A stretch of 63,997 nucleotides of DNA, the filler included, from an uncultured bacterium (GTDB taxonomy: Bacteria; Auribacterota; CAZIXI01): the NCBI GenBank assembly GCA_964543115.1. It is 5 parts of 5 records of this genome, joined end to end, with 100 filler letters (N's around TTAATTAATTAA, not from the genome) between each part and the next. Parts side by side here need not be neighbours in the genome. Positions count along the whole stretch, not along the records: positions 14,845 to 29,167 come from CAZIXI010000062.1; positions 29,268 to 43,541 come from CAZIXI010000063.1; 3 more parts are not named here. One strand, given 5' to 3'. This document shows positions 19,386-29,531 of the stretch, one piece after another. The first letter of the stretch is position 1, and every line of letters begins with the position of its first letter. The notes below the pieces were generated by a model. The model saw nothing but the letters and a program-made list of their open reading frames with translations, searched no databases and had not been told where the DNA came from. The translations under genes were made by a program, and so were the position numbers.

Positions 19386-20003
19386 CTAGATCAAGCCGTT
19401 TAACTTTGCGAACGGATCCCAGTCGGCGTCACGATGCCAGTCGTATTCGGCCCGGACCGCGGCCTGCTCGGCAATCTCCCGGCCCAATAACTTAGCGATC
19501 ACGGCCAATGACATATCCATACCGGCCGATACTCCGGAAGATGTAAAGAACCTGCCGTCTTCCACCCAGCGCGCATGCTTCTGCCAGATCACTTTAGCGC
19601 TCTGCGAGGCAACCCACTGGAAAGCCATTTTATTTGTCGTCGCCTGAACTCCGTCCAATACACCCGCTCTGGCCAGAAGCGCGCTGCCCGTACAGACAGA
19701 AGTTACGTACTCCGCTTTCGCGGATTGGATCCGTAACCATTCCAGCATTACCCGGTTATCCACTTCCCTGCGCGTACCCCTGCCCCCCGGCACAAGCAGG
19801 AGATCGTATTGGCGATCTTCTCCAAACAGATGTTCAACCACCAACTTTGGCCCCGGCGAACTCGCAACTTCACCGGATTTCTCCGCCACTATAGAAATAT
19901 CGAAATCCTCCGGCGCCATTCCATACATCTCCAGCGGGCCAAAGACATCCAACAGCTCGAAATCCTGAAACAGAACAACACCAACTGACCGTTTGCTTTT
20001 CAT
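19386..20003 (-). CDS. DJ-1/PfpI family protein (InhA-like)
   Basis: FELLDVFGP, VPGG-GT, SVCTGS, TSSGVSAGMD. Confidence 0.9.
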   Translation of the reverse strand: MKSKRSVGVVLFQDFELLDVFGPLEMYGMAPEDFDISIVAEKSGEVASSPGPKLVVEHLFGEDRQYDLLLVPGGRGTRREVDNRVMLEWLRIQSAKAEYVTSVCTGSALLARAGVLDGVQATTNKMAFQWVASQSAKVIWQKHARWVEDGRFFTSSGVSAGMDMSLAVIAKLLGREIAEQAAVRAEYDWHRDADWDPFAKLNGLI

Positions 20004-20297
20004 TTTATCCTTTCCCCGTTAAGACCTATAACAGACAAACTCTTCTTCATATTGTTCCTGCCATATTGCTGAATAATTCTAACATATGCTTTAACGACCG
20101 ACAACCTCACAAAAAAAACCATTTTGTTTTTGGCAAACATTGATCTTGCAATCCTAAGCAATAGAACAGTTGTCGGCACCTGACACAATATGATAAGATT
20201 ATTTATTAAAAATAAAAAACAATCAACAAATACAAATTTCGCCTATTAATTGTTATCTGTAAATAAAGTTTACCAGAAAAAGGATAAGGCTCGGTGT

Positions 20298-20519
20298 ATG
20301 AATGAGCAACAGGCCAAAAATCCGTTACACGGAATTACCCTGGAACAAATCGTTAATAAACTGGTTGAGCATTACGGCTGGAGCAAGCTGGGCAAACGCA
20401 TTAACATCCGGTGCTTCAATAATGACCCGTCAGTGAAATCCAGCCTGAAATTCCTGCGCAAGACCCCTTGGGCAAGAAAAAAAGTCGAGAACTTATACAT
20501 AGCCACAAAGAAGAATTAA
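20298..20519 (+). CDS. VF530 (DUF2132) family small DNA-binding protein
   Basis: [12 protein letters not shown]...YGW...INIRCF...[22 protein letters not shown]. Confidence 0.88.
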   Translation: MNEQQAKNPLHGITLEQIVNKLVEHYGWSKLGKRINIRCFNNDPSVKSSLKFLRKTPWARKKVENLYIATKKN

Positions 20520-20704
20520 TCATTACAAATTGTGGGGTTACAGAATGCGGGGTCAAGATTCGGGATCGGGCCAAGGTAAATCGTTCATTTTCTTGTGAAT
20601 ACACTTCACAACAAGCCTGTTTCTCGAATATAACGCGCTTTTTCCCTTAGAAAAACGCCTTATCAGGCTGGCTGTTAGAAATTAAAAACAAAAAGGAGGG
20701 AATT

Positions 20705-21811
20705 ATGGAAAATCAAAGCTGTGTTAGTTTCATTATATCTATAGTACTGATATTGTCTTTTGTATCAGTTTCTGTAGACAGTCATGCGTGTACAGGCATC
20801 TTTGTTAAGACAGAAGACGGTAATTATATTCAAGCACGCACAATGGAGTTTGGTTATGATCAAGCGAAATTTGATCTGCTTTCTGTTCCGCGGAATTATA
20901 GTTATACAGGACAGACTCCCTCCGGCAAACCGGGTTTGAAATGGAAAACGAAATATGCTTATGTCGGTTTTAACCCCTACGGAGCGGATCTTGTTGCGGA
21001 CGGTTTAAATGAAAAGGGTGTGGCCTGCGGTATTTTTTATTTCCCGGGATACGCAAAGTACCAGGATTTGCCTGAGAATGATTATTCCCGTGCGGTATCC
21101 TGCTATGGTTTAGCGTCGTGGATTTTAAGTAATTGCGCAAACGTCTCTGAGGTGCGTGAGCAATTGCCGAAAATCATTGTTTGCGGCGTAGAGATACCGC
21201 AAATGGGAGGTATTCCTCCTTTTCATTATCTTGTGTCAGACGCAGCAGGTGATTCCATAATTATTGAATATGTTAACGGTGAGCTTAATATCCATGATAA
21301 TGAGGTTGGTGCTCTTACAAATTCTCCTGTTTATGACTGGCACATAACAAATTTGAGGAACTATATCGGCTTAAAAACCTTAAACGATCCTTCGATTAAG
21401 ATTGACGGAAAAGAGTTCGCGGGCTTTGGTCAGGGCACGGGCGGGATCGGCCTTCCCGGAGATTTTACGCCGCCGTCAAGGTTTGTGCGGGCGGTATTTC
21501 TTAATAATACGGTCTATAAAGGTAAGAACGTGGATGAAGGGATCGCTATTGCCTTTCATATCCTGAATCAGTTTGATATTCCCGTAGGATCTGTTAGGGC
21601 CGATGAAAATGATAAAATTGTCTCTGATAGTACTCTCTGGACCAGTGCTTCGGATTTAACAAACCGCAGATACTTTTATCATACCTATAATGACAGGAGT
21701 GTCCGCGTGCTGGCCTTTGAGGATCTTGATTTGAACGCGCCGGGCATTAAGATGATTAAAGATGTTCAAAAACCGGGTAAAATTGAAAATGTTGCGGATC
21801 AATTGAAGTAA
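20705..21811 (+). CDS. Secreted choloylglycine hydrolase/penicillin V acylase family Ntn-hydrolase, paralog 1
   Basis: Signal peptide ending SHA followed by catalytic Cys (CTGI); ARTMEF, DGLNEKG, TNSP, LPGDFTPPSRFVRA. Confidence 0.9.
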   Translation: MENQSCVSFIISIVLILSFVSVSVDSHACTGIFVKTEDGNYIQARTMEFGYDQAKFDLLSVPRNYSYTGQTPSGKPGLKWKTKYAYVGFNPYGADLVADGLNEKGVACGIFYFPGYAKYQDLPENDYSRAVSCYGLASWILSNCANVSEVREQLPKIIVCGVEIPQMGGIPPFHYLVSDAAGDSIIIEYVNGELNIHDNEVGALTNSPVYDWHITNLRNYIGLKTLNDPSIKIDGKEFAGFGQGTGGIGLPGDFTPPSRFVRAVFLNNTVYKGKNVDEGIAIAFHILNQFDIPVGSVRADENDKIVSDSTLWTSASDLTNRRYFYHTYNDRSVRVLAFEDLDLNAPGIKMIKDVQKPGKIENVADQLK

Positions 21812-21812
21812 A

Positions 21813-22004
21813 ATGATAAAAGATCAGATAGCCATTAAAAAACTGCAGCATAGTTTGTGGAGAAAAGTATGCTGTCACATAGACGGTATCGCTGTCGGTT
21901 CGACTGTTTACGCTTTAGCAAAAAAAGGCGTGCTGGAGTCCCGCATCTGTTTTCTTCCGGGATACCGGCAATCCGCCAGCTATTGCCAAGGACCTTTTAC
22001 ATAA
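21813..22004 (+). pseudogene. Possible gene remnant between the two hydrolases
   Basis: First ~35 codons look protein-like (HIDGIAVGSTVYALAKKGVLE) then degrade; identity not established. Confidence 0.25.
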
Positions 22005-22244
22005 CGGTATAGATCCCGTCAATGTTCTTCGTTCCGGAAAACAGCTGACTAAAGAAAGCGGGGACGACTCAAATACTCGTTGCTCTTCTAGTTTAACAAT
22101 CAACCAGAATTGTCCGCCAGAGTTCCCGTATCCCCGCTTAAGGCGCTTTGCGGACACCTTGACAAGATCATCTGTTTTTTTATAAAATCAGGAATCGATG
22201 ATGAACTGCCGCAAACAACGCAAGCAAAAAAAAGGAGGGAGAGC

Positions 22245-23351
22245 ATGAAAAAGTGTAAATGTGTCAGTTTTATTGTATCTGCAGTATTGATATTGAGTTT
22301 TGTTTTAACCCTAACGGAATGCCGGGCGTGTACAGGTATTCGGCTTGAGACAAAAGACGGTAATCATATTCTTGCGCGTACGTTAGAATTTGGCGCCGCC
22401 TTTATGCCCTTTGACATGATTTTTGTGCCGCGCAACCATGAATACACGGGACAGACTCCTTCGGGAAAACCTGGTCTGAAATGGGAAACAAAGTATGCGC
22501 ATGTCGGTTTTAATCCGGTTGGTCAGACTGTGGTGTCGGATGGCTTAAACGAAATGGGCCTTGCCTGCGGAGCGTTCTATATCCCGGGATATGTAGAGTA
22601 CCAGAAACCTACGGAAGATGATTATTCCAGGACAGTATCATGCGTTGATCTGAGTTCCTGGATGCTGAGTACCTGCGCAAGTGTTTCAGAAGTGCGCGAA
22701 CAATTGCCGAAAATCCTTGTTTGCGGCGTTAAAATACCTTCATTGGATTCTATCCCTCCGCTGCATTATATAGTCGCAGATGAAACAGGAGACACCATAA
22801 TCATTGAATATACCGATGAAAAGCTTAAGATTTACGATAACAAAGTTAATGTTATCACCAATTCTCCTACTTACCCCTGGCACGTCACAAATCAAAACAA
22901 TTATTTTGGCTTAAAAGCAACTAATAATCCGGCAATTAAAATCAACAATAATGAGTTCACGCAATTCGGCCAGGGTTCAGGCGCAATCGGTCTTCCCGGA
23001 AATTTTACCCCCCCCTCGCGGTTTGTCCAAGCGGCGTTTTTTGTCAGAACAGCCTTCCAGGGCAAGGATCCGGATGAAGGTATAAATATAGCCTTTCATA
23101 TCCTAAATCAATTTGATATCCCGAAAGGATCCATAAGAGGCGAGGAAGAAGGTAAAATGGTTGCTGATACTACGCAATGGACCAGTGCTTCTGATTTAAA
23201 AAATCGGAGATATTACTTTCATACTTACAGTGACAGAACCGTACGGATGATAGACTTAAATGAACTTGACCTGAACGCGAAGGAAACAAAACTCTATACG
23301 GATGTACAGAAACCTGGCCAAGCCATAAACTTTTCGGATAAATTTAAGTAA
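22245..23351 (+). CDS. Secreted Ntn-hydrolase, paralog 2
   Basis: AAGGAGG RBS; CRA|CTGI; same length (368 aa) and motifs as paralog 1. Confidence 0.9.
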   Translation: MKKCKCVSFIVSAVLILSFVLTLTECRACTGIRLETKDGNHILARTLEFGAAFMPFDMIFVPRNHEYTGQTPSGKPGLKWETKYAHVGFNPVGQTVVSDGLNEMGLACGAFYIPGYVEYQKPTEDDYSRTVSCVDLSSWMLSTCASVSEVREQLPKILVCGVKIPSLDSIPPLHYIVADETGDTIIIEYTDEKLKIYDNKVNVITNSPTYPWHVTNQNNYFGLKATNNPAIKINNNEFTQFGQGSGAIGLPGNFTPPSRFVQAAFFVRTAFQGKDPDEGINIAFHILNQFDIPKGSIRGEEEGKMVADTTQWTSASDLKNRRYYFHTYSDRTVRMIDLNELDLNAKETKLYTDVQKPGQAINFSDKFK

Positions 23352-23596
23352 GAGTGTATGTTGTGACCTTTTAATCACCTTATTGAAGAAAATCTCTGCT
23401 GGTACCGGCAATACGCCCCGAAGTCGTAGATGAAAGCGCCGTGGCTGACGTGACCCTTTTCCTGCCGGGCTGCGTTTTGCGCGTTAAACACACCTAACTA
23501 AAATAGTTTGCCAGAGAATTTTATTTAATATATAATTACATTAATTAAATAAAGAGGCAAAAAAACTATTTTATAAAAGGTGTTTTTTAAAAAAGG

Positions 23597-24601
23597 ATGG
23601 TGATTATGTTTACAAATATTTTGAAAAAAGCGGCATTTATAACAGTGTTAGTACTTGTCGGGACAGTCTCTCTGTCCGCCCTTGCAGACAGCAAACAGAC
23701 GGCGACAATGAAAAAGCACGGCGCCGCCGGCATGACGGCGCAGGAACTGCATATCTGGGTTGATGCTTTTGCCGTCAGGTTACCGGGCGCCATTGAAGAA
23801 GCGGCAAACGAAGTAATGGATAACAACAACGATATCAAAGTCATCAAAAACGCGATTAAGTTCCAGCTTTACGGTATAAACGCGTTTCAAAAAGCGATAT
23901 TTCACAGTGACCCTTTTGTAGCGCTGGTGGACATGTGGGTCTTAACTTCCCAGATGATAGATTTCTATCAAACAGGAGCGGGTAAAGAGTATTTTGGCAA
24001 CCGCCAGGGCCTAGTAATAGATGAGTTAAATGACCTCAGGGGCAGGCTTGAATCTATGCTCTCCGCTGTATTCGGCAAAGAGGATATAAAAAGCGATCTC
24101 GCCTGGATGAATGATTGGGTTGACGAACACCCTCTCACCGGCAATCTATTCGTAAGGGATTCAGTAATTACCGTTGTCGCCAAAATACAGGCCAGCGCTA
24201 AAAAGAAAGGAGTTTTCAGCAGTATCCAGAACGTCGGGGAGAACGTGGAAAGGCTGCAGACACGAATCGCCCTTTTTGCCGAAATCATCCCGCAGATGAT
24301 GATCTGGCAGATAGAACTCATATTTCTGGATTTACAGGACGAAGAAAGCCAATATTCCCTGAAGGCCATTGATGATTTCGTGGCCGGACTCATTGAGAAA
24401 AGCTTCGAGGCGTTCGAAAAACAGCGGATAGAAGCGCTGGAGGATATGGAGCGCATTCTGGCCGACGGCATAAAACTCGCCTCAAGCGACGCTAAAAACA
24501 TAATCGATTACATTGTTTTGCGCATGATCCTTCTTATTGTAATAACATTTATTTTCGCGCTTATTTTCTTCCTTATCTACAAGAAGGCAAAAAGACCTTA
24601 A
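23597..24601 (+). CDS. Uncharacterised exported protein with C-terminal TM anchor
   Basis: Signal peptide; helical body (DPFVALVDMWVL); hydrophobic C-terminus followed by KKAKRP. Confidence 0.7.
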   Translation: MVIMFTNILKKAAFITVLVLVGTVSLSALADSKQTATMKKHGAAGMTAQELHIWVDAFAVRLPGAIEEAANEVMDNNNDIKVIKNAIKFQLYGINAFQKAIFHSDPFVALVDMWVLTSQMIDFYQTGAGKEYFGNRQGLVIDELNDLRGRLESMLSAVFGKEDIKSDLAWMNDWVDEHPLTGNLFVRDSVITVVAKIQASAKKKGVFSSIQNVGENVERLQTRIALFAEIIPQMMIWQIELIFLDLQDEESQYSLKAIDDFVAGLIEKSFEAFEKQRIEALEDMERILADGIKLASSDAKNIIDYIVLRMILLIVITFIFALIFFLIYKKAKRP

Positions 24602-24787
24602 TAGTAATAGAAATGGGGTCGGACCAAGTTAAGTTATTTATTCGCAAGCATTAATCTCCACAAGATTATAGTTTTTAATGCTTAAACAAACCTTTTCGAC
24701 CCCATTATACTATCCATTATTCCACCCATTATACCTCAGTATACCGCAAGTTAAGTTAATGAATTTTAACAAAATAACCATCCACCA

Positions 24788-24816
24788 TTGACAAATGGCA
24801 TTTTATATGCTATATT
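24788..24816 (+). promoter_or_regulatory. Extended -10 sigma70 promoter
   Basis: TTGACA 24788-24793, 17 nt, TG-n-TATATT 24811-24816. Confidence 0.65.
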
Positions 24817-24848
24817 CTTATATAATACACATTGTGCCGCTAAAAAAC

Positions 24849-27689
24849 ATGCAAACAAAAACTCCCATTAAAGAATTAGTTAAAACTATTATCATTACGA
24901 TAATAATATCATGTCTTTGTCAAAACATAATATTGGCAGGCAATAACAGTCTCTCCAATAATCATCTTGCTCCTGAGCCTTTTACAGAAAGATTAAAAGG
25001 AAGAAATGGTTTGATACATAGATTTTTCTTTGACGTAGTTTCTGATGAGACAGTTGCCTGGCAATTATATGAGGCCTGGGAAGCAAGAGGCGGAAATGAG
25101 AATTATAGTAGAGGAATAATGCTGGCAAGAAAATACCGCCTTGCCGAAGGCTTGCGAACAGCAATCGGGGAAGAAGATGTTTCACGCACTCCCACAGAGC
25201 TGCTCCTCAATTGGATACTCATGGCGATATATATGCTGGACAGAGATATCCTTACAGTAAAGCAATATGGATTAGGAGAAGCCGCTGTCTATAGGAGTAA
25301 ACATATTGAACGGGACAGATTCAAGGAAGAATTATTTCAATTAAGCGGTAAGTATAAAATAATAGATTTAACTCAAACAACAGCATTACATAGTCCAAGG
25401 CTATCAGCAGAGGGGGATCCTTGTGAAGATATTGTCACTGTATTTCGAAAAATACACGACTGCCTTGATGACGACGGCGTTTTGACCTTATCCCTGAAAA
25501 ATAAACATCCCGCGATGATCAAAGCTCTTCAAGTTGCCGGTTTTGAACACAGGATTGATAAATATAGCATTGTTGATAACGGAGAAACATTGGTTCCGTT
25601 TGAGTCGATTGGCACTGATGCATCCTGTGACAATGAGGAACATGTATTTACCGGGTCAAGGCTGGATTTAAATAAATTCCTTATTATACTGGAAAACTTA
25701 TCTGAAATTTCCCGGAAATATGGCATAGCGACATATGTAAGGTTTCTATATCTTAATGTTGGTGTTCCTTTTGTGTCCCAAAGAAATATTGGGCCGGAAA
25801 TACTGTTGAGAAAAGATATATTCGAAGAAGCCTGCGCTATTCTTGATCAGTCTCATATTGTGGACATATCTTCCTGGCTAAAGATTGCTGAGATGTCATT
25901 AGCTAAATTACCGGACAGCGGGCCCGATGTCTTGCCATTATCTAACAGGCAAATAGCCTTGCAGGAAAGAAGATATTATCCGGCGTTAGAACTTATGGTA
26001 CGGGAGATTAATCCCGACCAGGATATCCGCGCCTTTAATGAACTTATGGCAATAGTGGATGATGAGGGAGTAGATGACAGCGCCAGGAAGGCTGCGGCTG
26101 TTGCTTTAGGATGCCTGGGAGGCTATGCTCAAGAATTAAGGCCCGCGATACAAGTTGCCCTGAGCAGCATAAAACAAAAAGGAGTATCCACAATCTTAAA
26201 CAGGGGATTGGAAGAGGCCTTGTCTATATTAAATGATCCTCCCGCAATACTATTATCCGCTTGCAGACAGATGTATGATCAAGCATTAAAGAATGCTGGA
26301 TTTTTTATCCCTGCGGGAAGGAATACAAATACTTTGTTGGACGTCGCTAGTGCGGGTGTATTAGAGCTGCCTGAAGCAGCAACAGAAAGGACGACTGTGG
26401 ATTATAGTGAATCCAGCAGGCAAAGGCTATTTGAGGAATTAGAAATACACGGCGGATGCTCATTGGAGGATGTTGAAACAGTCCAGTTATTTCTAACATA
26501 TAAATGTCAATTGCATTGCCGTCATTGTTACTTGGGAAAGGCTAAAAATTCAATAGCAGATATGGATGCATATTTACATGATACTATAATTGCTCAACTG
26601 AGCAGAAATAAGCATATCGTTAACGTGACCTATAATGGGGGAGAAACAACGCTGAGGCGCATCCGCAGTGAACTGCTCAAAGGATTATCGAAATTGGACA
26701 ATAAATGGATTGCCCTAATGACAAACCTGTACTGGGCAAAATCGCCTGAAACAGTTGCGCGCTTGCTTAGTGAATTGTTTCAGACATACCAGCGCCCTAT
26801 AACGTTCAACGTATCATTAAATGATTTTGTATTTGAACAAACCAATATGAGCGGGAAACAAAGAATCCCTATTTCGAATTTTATAAATACGGTAAAAGCC
26901 CTATCTACCAGTAAATACGCCTCCAGGATAAATCTAACAATGGGCATATTTGACAGTTTCGTAAATAGAAAAGATACCGCATTATCTCAAGCATTAGAGG
27001 CACTCAGCAGAGAAGGACTTTTAGCAGTAGACGATGCCGAACTAAAACAGTTCATTAAAAACAACCAATTACCGATCCTTTGTGAAGACGGCACCGTAAA
27101 GATGATAACCTTAACAAGAGGAGTTTTAGATTTTATCGGGGACGCAGATAGATTAGATGAAGAATTGTATGAACAAGATGAGGGTTTTTCCCTAGGATTA
27201 GACACTGTAGAAGTTTCACCATGGGGTGAGGTTTCTCTTGGAAGCATGCTCTTTGGCATATTGCCTTTGGGCACAATTGAGGAGCATAGACCTCTTGAGC
27301 GCATTTTACAAAACGCCAGAAAAGATCCATTAGTATACTTTCTTGCGCACAGATTTTACGGCATTAGATATTTAATAGCATTAGCACAATTACTGGAACC
27401 AGATATTGCCTATCAATTTAAAGGGGCATATTCTGACGAAGCAAAGGCGGCAAAATTATTGGCAGATTCCAGGCTAAAATATTTTCTCACAAAAATGACC
27501 TTACGCGTTATGCTGACCGACCTTAGAGTCGTTAAAAATGAAGATGCTCAGCAGTTTAAAGAAATAACCGGCTCCTCCGATATCGAATTTATGAGAGCTA
27601 TTAAGAAAGAATATATGGAAGCAAAAAATAAGCGTGCTGGAACGGGATCTGGCATAGAACATCTGGCAGAATTGGAAGGAGCAATATAG
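24849..27689 (+). CDS. Large signal-peptide protein with C-terminal radical SAM domain
   Basis: N-terminal h-region then HLAPEPF; TYKCQLHCRHCY (CxxxCxxC), YNGGE, MTN, VSLND; HEAT-like helix pair mid-protein. Confidence 0.75.
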   Translation: MQTKTPIKELVKTIIITIIISCLCQNIILAGNNSLSNNHLAPEPFTERLKGRNGLIHRFFFDVVSDETVAWQLYEAWEARGGNENYSRGIMLARKYRLAEGLRTAIGEEDVSRTPTELLLNWILMAIYMLDRDILTVKQYGLGEAAVYRSKHIERDRFKEELFQLSGKYKIIDLTQTTALHSPRLSAEGDPCEDIVTVFRKIHDCLDDDGVLTLSLKNKHPAMIKALQVAGFEHRIDKYSIVDNGETLVPFESIGTDASCDNEEHVFTGSRLDLNKFLIILENLSEISRKYGIATYVRFLYLNVGVPFVSQRNIGPEILLRKDIFEEACAILDQSHIVDISSWLKIAEMSLAKLPDSGPDVLPLSNRQIALQERRYYPALELMVREINPDQDIRAFNELMAIVDDEGVDDSARKAAAVALGCLGGYAQELRPAIQVALSSIKQKGVSTILNRGLEEALSILNDPPAILLSACRQMYDQALKNAGFFIPAGRNTNTLLDVASAGVLELPEAATERTTVDYSESSRQRLFEELEIHGGCSLEDVETVQLFLTYKCQLHCRHCYLGKAKNSIADMDAYLHDTIIAQLSRNKHIVNVTYNGGETTLRRIRSELLKGLSKLDNKWIALMTNLYWAKSPETVARLLSELFQTYQRPITFNVSLNDFVFEQTNMSGKQRIPISNFINTVKALSTSKYASRINLTMGIFDSFVNRKDTALSQALEALSREGLLAVDDAELKQFIKNNQLPILCEDGTVKMITLTRGVLDFIGDADRLDEELYEQDEGFSLGLDTVEVSPWGEVSLGSMLFGILPLGTIEEHRPLERILQNARKDPLVYFLAHRFYGIRYLIALAQLLEPDIAYQFKGAYSDEAKAAKLLADSRLKYFLTKMTLRVMLTDLRVVKNEDAQQFKEITGSSDIEFMRAIKKEYMEAKNKRAGTGSGIEHLAELEGAI

Positions 27690-27751
27690 AACGACACTCC
27701 CAGTTTTCAAAACTTATATTGTTTTATTAGTGTACTTACCAAGGGAGATAT

Positions 27752-29167
27752 ATGGATTATAGAAAAATGATGAAGAAGATGACAGTTTTAGCGATTATTA
27801 TGCTTTTAATCTGCCAGCATAGCACCTGGTCCGAGAAAGAAGTCAGCAATTGTTATTTGGCCTCTAAATCTAAGTGGGCGCCTTTAACAGAAAGGGTTAA
27901 AATGGCCTTAGCTGAGAGGAACGCAAAAGGACAAAGCAATTTCCCCCCTGATATTTTAAGAGAAGACGAAGCCTTATTCTTGCAGGTACGCCAATTGCAG
28001 CTGCCAATATATTCAAAACAGGATGATACTATTTATGTCTGGAGCGCTGATTGTTTGATGCAGGCGTTAAGGGACGAATATAAAAAAGGAATAAATGATG
28101 AGATAATGATGTCTATAATCACTATTGATAGGAATGGAAGGCCCGCATATCGACTTGCTGAAGGCGGAGCGGTCCTTGATGTAAACTTTAGGAAGGATAG
28201 ACAGATGCAATGGGTGAGTGCTGTTTCAGACCCAGAATTTAATGATTTTACTGTCTGTGAAGAAGCACAAAGAATAGCTGTTAGCGGAATGACGAGATAT
28301 GTTCCGGAATTAGCGGAAGAAATGGCAATCCTTGATGATTTAAATGTAAAGAATGGTCTGGCTGAAGTTTTGGCCAGTGAAGAAGTTGATATGGTCTATG
28401 TATTCAGTGCTGAAAAGGGTAAATTTATTCCCGCATACAGAGGCGGAAAAACTGAGCCATATGAAAAAGAGGATTTGACCTACGGTTCTGTTTCTATGCC
28501 CGTATTAATGACTCAGGAACAAGTCGAGATGTTTCAGCCTGATATATGTAAACAATTAGATGAAAGTAGATATGTAGGCTGGTTTTATGGCGGTGTTCCG
28601 CAGGGCCTAAAACAAATACCGAATAAAAAGTACCGTCAGTTCCCAGGATTAAGTATGTTCAGGTTGGCTGAAGCTGATGTTGAAATGATTGGAAATGCAA
28701 AACCAGGCACGGTAGGACTTACCAATTTGGATGGTCCGGATTTAATTGGCCATGTTGCCGCAAAAGAAACAGAAAAAATAATGGACCTTTTTGTGGAAAA
28801 GGCAGATGGGGAATTTGAATTGAGAAAAGGAGATGGCTGGGCAGCTGTAATGGCTTGTCTTGAAGTCGCGGATCAAAGTATAAAAATGATCTACGATGCG
28901 GTAAAAGCCAGAAACGGTGTTTTCATTATGGTTGGAGATCATGGTTCGGTAGATGATATGAGTCAACCCAGCCACAGTTTTAATGATGTGCCTATATTTA
29001 TTATTGATTTTGAAAATGAAGATATTGAACTCGTAAAAGCGCGAGGAACCCAGAAAAATACTCAGGCGGATGTTGCCGTTACTGTTCTGCATATTTTAGG
29101 GATAGAGAAGCCTGATGAGATGACTGGCAGAAGCCTATTACCCAGCAGTTATACAGGAAGAAAGGAT
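27752..29167 (+). CDS. Signal-peptide protein with iPGM (GpmI)/alkaline-phosphatase-superfamily C-terminal metalloenzyme half (3' truncated)
   Basis: NLDGPDLIGH, VGDHGS, SHSFNDVP, ADVAVTVL-ILGIEKPDEMTGRSLL match GpmI C-terminal motifs. Confidence 0.75.
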
Positions 29168-29267
29168 NNNNNNNNNNNNNNNNNNNNNNNNNNNNNNNNN
29201 NNNNNNNNNNNTTAATTAATTAANNNNNNNNNNNNNNNNNNNNNNNNNNNNNNNNNNNNNNNNNNNN
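29168..29267. other. Artificial contig spacer
   Basis: N-run + TTAATTAATTAA + N-run. Confidence 0.98.
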
Positions 29268-29531
29268 CAGTTGAAGCAGGTACTGCAAGAGCTGAAATTA
29301 GTGCCTGATCCTGACCGTTTTTTCAGCCGCTGTCTTCTTTGTAGTAACCTGATCCAGCCGATTGCCAAAAAAGATGTTGCCTTAAGGGTGCCGCCCTATA
29401 CGTTTAAGACCCATAATGATTTTTTCACTTGCCCGCACTGTAATAAGATATACTGGGAAGGGACGCACAGTGGGATGATCCACAAGAAATTAAAGGAGTT
29501 AGGAATTTATGAAAAACAGGGAAATAGCTGA
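29268..29531 (+). CDS. Mut7-C RNase domain protein (5' partial)
   Basis: FSRCLLCS...VPPY...F--CPHCNKIYWEGTH. Confidence 0.85.
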   Translation, partial: QLKQVLQELKLVPDPDRFFSRCLLCSNLIQPIAKKDVALRVPPYTFKTHNDFFTCPHCNKIYWEGTHSGMIHKKLKELGIYEKQGNS

